This document shows, in pieces, positions 58,101 to 64,000 of a DNA stretch of 64,000 bases. The DNA is from Rotaria socialis. Its lineage: Eukaryota. Under the pieces are notes generated by a model. The model had not been told where the DNA came from. It ran no database searches and worked only from the letters and a program-made list of their open reading frames with translations. The stretch spans positions 186,001 through 250,000 of the forward strand of contig CAJNYD010000459.1 of assembly GCA_905331295.1 (NCBI GenBank). The letters are read 5' to 3'. The first letter of the stretch is position 1. Every line of letters starts with the position of its first letter. Position numbers and translations under genes: made by a program.

Positions 58101-61100
58101 AAAAAATGATCGTCTAGAAGTAAATAAAGATTCGTTAGTTATTATAATTTCTTTCATAACTTAAGTTTAAATTAATACATTTTTTTCAGGCTCTGAGCCT
58201 GAGAAATATTTGAAAACTAAAGTTATTCGCATTTGCGAGACCTTGCCAATTAAAAATTAATGAATAGAAATGAAACACAATGAAAAATCTTCTGGGAAAT
58301 TTTTACACTTAGAAGATATTGACTAAAATCAAGAGATTTCAATTTACAAAGAGAAATTTATCATGATAAATATTTTTCATTTGAAATATTATATATCATA
58401 TAGCTATTCTCATACCAATCGTGAGAAGATTACTTTAATGAATCTGTGTTGGAACTCATTTCTTATCCGTAATTCTTCCTTAATGGAATGAGGAAGTTTA
58501 GTCGTATACGTTTTAAATCAGATACCATTTATATTCCATTCCAGATTCTATATAAATAGTTACTACAAAGAATGGCTCAGACTTTGATTTGCATAAGTTG
58601 ACATCTGTTCTAGATAATATTTCATAGAATAATAGTTTTTACTCAAAACATGTATACTGTTAGAATTTTCTTACGTACCATCACATTGTTGATAAGCCAA
58701 AACAAGACTATAGAGAACATAGAGTGGATCAGGTAATTTAGCAATCGATGGATTATTGATCGATTGAGAAAAGTTATTTGTATCATCAAATTGTGATTCA
58801 ATATATCGACGAACAGGATCTGTTGACTTTAAATTGAAACAAAAAAATTATTATTGTTATTTTACTTATTCAAAATAGAAATAAATGGATAGCTAATTTT
58901 TACTTTAACGACTTGTTTAAGTTTAGGTCGTAACGAACGAAGTCGTTTTCTTCGACGAACAATTTGTTTTTTAAGATCGCTTATTTCAGCTTGTAATCCT
59001 TTACAATCATCATGTAATCTACAACAATATATTCAATACTGTTTCCTTGAGACAGACAAAAGGAAACAATAGGATACTAACTTTTCTCGTTGCATCAATT
59101 CCCAATCAAGTTGAAATAAATGAAGTCGATGGGGATCATTCTCAGTGATTTTCTAAAAAATAAAACATTTTTTCCCTTTAGATTATAATCAAAACATATT
59201 ATATCTTACTGAATCAGTAAGTTCCGGTGGAGCATTTGTATAAAAATCTTCTAAACTCACTAGTTCCAATTGTTGATCCTTTGATCTAAATAAGATACTA
59301 ATGAAATTTGTTTTATTTTAATCAAAAAAATATCTTACTGAAATTCTTCGCAGCGTGCAATTTCTTTATTAATATGAGAAAGTTCATAGAGAAGATTTTG
59401 TTGTTCGAGTGTTTGATCATCAAGACGATTTCGATGCTAATAAAACATAACACAACATCTAGGAAATGTTTGAAAAAATTAGTCAAATAAAAAACCTCAG
59501 CAGTAATTTCTCGAGCTTTTTGTATGCGTGTACGACCCACTCGATTAAGCGAACGCAGTTTATTACATAAATGCATACCACGTGCATGCAGTTGAGACAA
59601 TTCATCTTTCTATTGAAAAATAAAAAAACAAAGATATTCCTAGATTTTAATTGCAAAAAGAAAAAGTTCTATTCAATTTAAAAATTCAATAGATCTTCCT
59701 GCTGTGCACTCATGACAACGAAAATATCGATGAAAATAACATTAAATAATTCTCTCGACATACATGAAATCATTTTGTACACGACAAAAATGTCTTCGTT
59801 TGATTCCTATCAAAAAGATGGCAATGACTTTGAATCGATTACTCGTATTATGGATGCAAGCTCGTTACTTCGATGCCCATTATGTAAAAACGACATTCAA
59901 GATCCACGCATACTTTGTTCAAATGGACACACGTTTTGTCATAATTGCATCACAGTAATCTTTTAAGAAATTGCATTAATTTAATTGTCAGCATTAAATC
60001 ATGTCTTTTTCTCTACATAGAATGCTTTACCGGCCGATGGTGTTCTCAAATGTCCTGTTTGTAATGAAGCACGTCGTTTATCGAGTATTCAAGAAGTCGG
60101 ACAATTAACCAAGAATCACACATTATTGACATTAAAAAAAGCTGAACATCATCGTCTTGCACAGCTAGGAATTTGTGAATTATGTAATAAAAAAACAGCC
60201 TATGGTCGATGTTATCACTGTCGATCATTAGCTTGTTTTAGTTGTATGGATGAACACGAGAAAACTCTTGCTAATGAACAAGCAAAAGAATATGCTGACT
60301 TAGTTAAAATACGTGAAAATTTAACTGAAAAATTATCACAATGGGATAATAAATTAGATCAATCTAAAGAAAATATTCGTGAATTAATTCATAAGGATGC
60401 TGAAAAACATATTAAAGAAATTCAAGGTAGAAAAATAGTTTTATTTAATATGTCAATGCATTCTAGAGTAATTACTTATTTTCTGATTCAGAACGAGAAC
60501 AAACTTTATACAATCAATTAGATGATCTTCATCAGAATTATTTGCTGACAAAAAATACTAAATTACAAAAATTAAGTTCTGATATTGAAAAAGATTCAAA
60601 AGAATTAGATAAAATTGATCCAAAAAATTGGACTATATCAGATAGACAACATTTAACTCAACATTGGCTTGATTTACAACAGAAGTTCGATGATCAATCG
60701 ATTAATTTTATTTATAAATCTAATGCATCATCAACAAATCATACTATGCTCGGTGAACTTCATCTTAAAACTGCAAATCAAGATAATGAACAGTTACAAA
60801 TGCATCGTTTACAACGACAACAACTTTTATTGATCGATCCGTTTGATAATCATGATGGAATTTACCGATCGAATCAAGTGAACAATGCAAAACTTTGCAA
60901 TACTAATAAAAGAAAACAATATTTCATTTGTTTTAGATTGTCAGTGGACGTGAATCAAAGGCATTAACAAGAAAACGTTTGATTATGAAAGAACAAAATT
61001 CAACAGGACATCCTAATGCATTTTTAACTCAATCAATACCATCCTACCATGAAAATGATCCTGAAGGAGGATATCGTGGTACAGGTTTTTCAGTTAAATT

Positions 61101-62591
61101 TAATACTAAAACTGATGGGTCGATATCTCGAAATCGTTCAAGACTTGATGATCAGCATTTAGAACAAGAAGGAAATGAATACACTACAAGAAAAGTTCTT
61201 CGCTCACATCAACCACCAAATCTATCGTTATCAAGTGGTTTTGAACAACAATCGCAAATCGAAGACAATACAATATTAACACCACGAATGCCTGTATCTT
61301 CAGTACAACTTAATGACTACAGTAAAAAAGCAATACAAGTTTTAGCAGGTCCCAATGAAACGGATAAATTCCTTGCGCCGAAAGCTATTGTTGTAACGGA
61401 TTCCAATCATTTATTAATTGCTGATACAAAAAAACATCGAATTGTTGTTTATGATCTTAATTTAGGAACAATGCGTGGTCTAAAAGGTTTTCTTTTTCCT
61501 GACGGACTTTGTTTAGCTGGTGAACAATTTGTGATTATAACAGATCGTCATCGAGTTTCAAAATATGATTGGTTACATGGAAAAATGATTAATTTTGTGG
61601 GAAGTAAAAAAGAAGGTTGTACACGTACGTCATTTTCATGGCCAAAAGGTGTTGCTATAGACAGTAATTATATATATGTATGTGATTCTTATAATTCACG
61701 TATGGTTGTATTTAATCATCAAATGAAATATGAAAATGAATGGATTATTATGCGAGGTGAGATGGAACATTTGTTTTTTGTTGCAATAATTTTTATATTA
61801 TAGGCTCAAAAAAACTTGATCCGCAATATATTTCAATATCAAATAATTTACTCTATGTAACAGCATGGCAAAGAGTTAAACCTGAATCATGTGCTTATAA
61901 TGCTGGATGTATTATTGTTTATGGATTAGATGGTAATGCGCAACGATTTATTGATACAGATGCGCAATCTTATCTGAATTTAAGCGTACCAGAAGGTAAT
62001 ACAAAGAATCGTTTCGGTAAAGATATCGAATTTTAAATTTTAGGCATTATCTGTGATAGTTCAAATCAATTGATTCTTGCTGATCGTTATACATCGAAAA
62101 TATTTGCTATGAGCGATGGAAATCAACAAGTTATTCATTTTCGTGGTGATAGAATGAAAGCACCACACTACGTATGTTTTACTAATGATCAAAATACGAT
62201 GATTGTTAGTGATGTTGGAAATAATACAGTACAATTTTATGAAAAAAACAAATAAAATGCTTTTCACTCCTTGTAGAAACTATTCCCGACAAGGAAAAAG
62301 AGACGTATATTTTTTTTTCTCATTCAAATAAATAAGATTCAGAAAAGATAAAACGTCATGAAGACTTACATTTTTATCTGGTTCTTGTTGGCAACGATGA
62401 ACTTGAAGAAAAATAGAACGTAATTCACTAATACATTGCCGATGATCATCGTCGTCTTCTTTTTGTTGATGAATTTTATTTGACGACTAGAAGGGCAAAA
62501 TTAAAAGAAGAATTCATTCAAAATAGAAAAAAACACCAATACGAACTTCGTCCATAGGAATCGATTCACTCATTTCAACATTATTAGTCAT
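55109..62591 (-). CDS. THOC5: THO complex subunit 5 (FMIP), multi-exon; intron 2 spans 59610-62369
   Basis: Exon 1 62591-62547 and exon 2 62486-62370 ('HRQCISELRSIFLQV') join in phase 0 to 'KDELSQLHARGMHLCNKLRSLNRVGRTRIQKARE'. Later exons read 'QNLLYELSHINKEIARC', 'ELVSLEDFYTNAP', 'LDWELMQR', 'LPDPLYVLY', 'RPHPLHV', 'PNPTADF', 'GYPYHWVQQLC'. Confidence 0.85.
55543..55980. repeat. Long inverted repeat (foldback): 198-bp arms, 42-bp spacer
   Basis: 55543-55740 is the reverse complement of 55783-55980, with 4 mismatches seen by eye. TA-rich flanks. Confidence 0.95.
59790..62255 (+). CDS. TRIM-NHL protein (RING, B-box, coiled coil, NHL repeats), nested in THOC5 intron 2
   Basis: RING 'CPLC...CSNGHTFCHNC / ...CPVC'; B-box 'CELC...CYHC..CFSCMDEH'; NHL repeats 'FLAPKAIVV...IADTKKHRIVVY', 'FSWPKGVAID...VCDSYNSRMVVF', 'VSDVGNNTVQFY'. 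An alternative in-frame ATG lies at 59712. Confidence 0.9.
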
Positions 62592-63637
62592 TTTTTTAAA
62601 TTTGATCTAAAAATGAGAAAAGTCTTATTCTAACTTTCGAATATGCTAACTTCATTTACAACTATTAAAAAATAAAAGAAAGAAAATTGCATGAAAATCA
62701 AGCGATTGGTACGAATAAGAACACTAACAAATACCATAGAGCGAATCTGTCACGATAAACGTATTCAATAATAGTTTAGATTATCAATCTTATATCTAAT
62801 AGAAATTAATTCTAGCTCATCCTTTTCTAAAAACGAAGAATAACATGAAAGCCTTTGACTGGTAAATTATTAATATTCAAGAGATTATTATCGCTGTCAT
62901 GAAACATCATTTAGAATTATCTTTATCCGTGATAGATATAAAGCTTAATAAAATTATTATCAGCATTTAATATCAATTCTAATTTAATTTTAGATTAGGC
63001 TAATGCTCTTCATATACATTCTATATTTATTACTGCTCCTTTTGTTTTGTATTCTTAACAAATACGCTATTTATTCTCTCGGATAATAAACCTTTGGTTA
63101 TTAATAAAAAAAACTTTAATATACACAATAATGCCAATGATCATTGGCGTTTTAGAAAACTTTAAAAATTCAACAGACGTTCTGGAATGTCAAAAGCGAT
63201 GTTAGCGTCTTGTACATGAAACGAATGCCGTCGTATCAAATAGTATATCATATTAAAGTAATATTCAATAAAACTTCTAATAGTAATAACTCTTTTTTAT
63301 AGTCGCTTTTCGATCGTCCTAGCGATCAATCTGTGAACTCATAAAACAAGATAAGCTTACGTATATCTTTATATCAGTTTTCTTTACAGAAAATATTCAT
63401 ACAAAACGCTCAAATTCAATTTATTTCAAAGTAACTAAACTACATAGTATACAGATAATACTATGACGATAATCTTTCAGAAAATCGAAAGTAGAAGAAG
63501 AAAAAAAATGTGCGAAATACAATTCTATTTATTCTACGTGTTCTTTCAGTAAGATAAGAACGTTAATTATCGATGATAGATAAATCGGCTTAGCGTAACA
63601 CATGGGGAGAAATACTTGGAAACAATAGACTCATAAA

Positions 63638-64000
63638 ATGACCACTGACCTGAAATATGAACTTGCTATGGCTGAGTGTGATTCTCTACGTCGACAATTA
63701 AAAGATGCTTATAGTAAATGCACAGCAATTTATGAAGCACTTTCAATACTTGATGAACACTCGACAAAGGAACGGACTTTACTTGAAAAATTAATTCTTG
63801 ATTTAAAACAAACAATAAAAGTTGAATTGGAAAAAAATATGAATTTATATGTTGAAAAATTACAAACTGAACAAAAAGAAAAATATTTTAAACGAGAACT
63901 ACATGATAAAACACAAGATCTTAATACGATGATGCTTAAATATCGGCGACTTTACATAAATAAGCAACAGGAAAAATACATTCAAGATAATCTCATTATT
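63638..64000 (+). CDS. Start of an uncharacterised coiled-coil protein (runs off the window)
   Basis: Open frame 'MTTDLKYELAMAECDSLRRQLKDAYSKC...LEKLILDLKQTIK...' continues to the end of the window. Confidence 0.6.
   Translation, partial: MTTDLKYELAMAECDSLRRQLKDAYSKCTAIYEALSILDEHSTKERTLLEKLILDLKQTIKVELEKNMNLYVEKLQTEQKEKYFKRELHDKTQDLNTMMLKYRRLYINKQQEKYIQDNLII

Overview
Very AT-rich eukaryotic genomic DNA with many short (~50-65 nt) GT-AG introns. The intron style, the ART-like/TPR gene family and the GC-rich palindromic MITEs suggest a bdelloid rotifer (inference, not verified). The window is gene-dense: an ODAD1/CCDC63-like gene, an unknown gene, TMEM64, an RFC3 copy with lesions, a PLB1-like GDSL lipase, a secreted knottin-like peptide, CTCF, CLPTM1L, an unknown protein, a small multi-pass membrane protein, a type-B carboxylesterase, the 3' part of actin after an assembly N, an ART-like/TPR protein, CHPF, TPST, THOC5 and a TRIM-NHL gene. 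Highlights: (1) a structurally intact tRNA-Ser(GCT) gene split by an 84-nt insert in the T-arm, a non-canonical position for a metazoan tRNA intron; (2) a whole TRIM-NHL gene nested antisense in THOC5 intron 2; (3) a near-perfect foldback with 198-bp arms in another THOC5 intron; (4) an OTT_1508-like deaminase pseudogene hit by three MITEs; (5) a mucin-stalked ICK/knottin peptide; (6) operon-like gene spacing with splice acceptors next to start codons. Exon boundaries were read by eye and family names come from recalled motifs; no searches were run.
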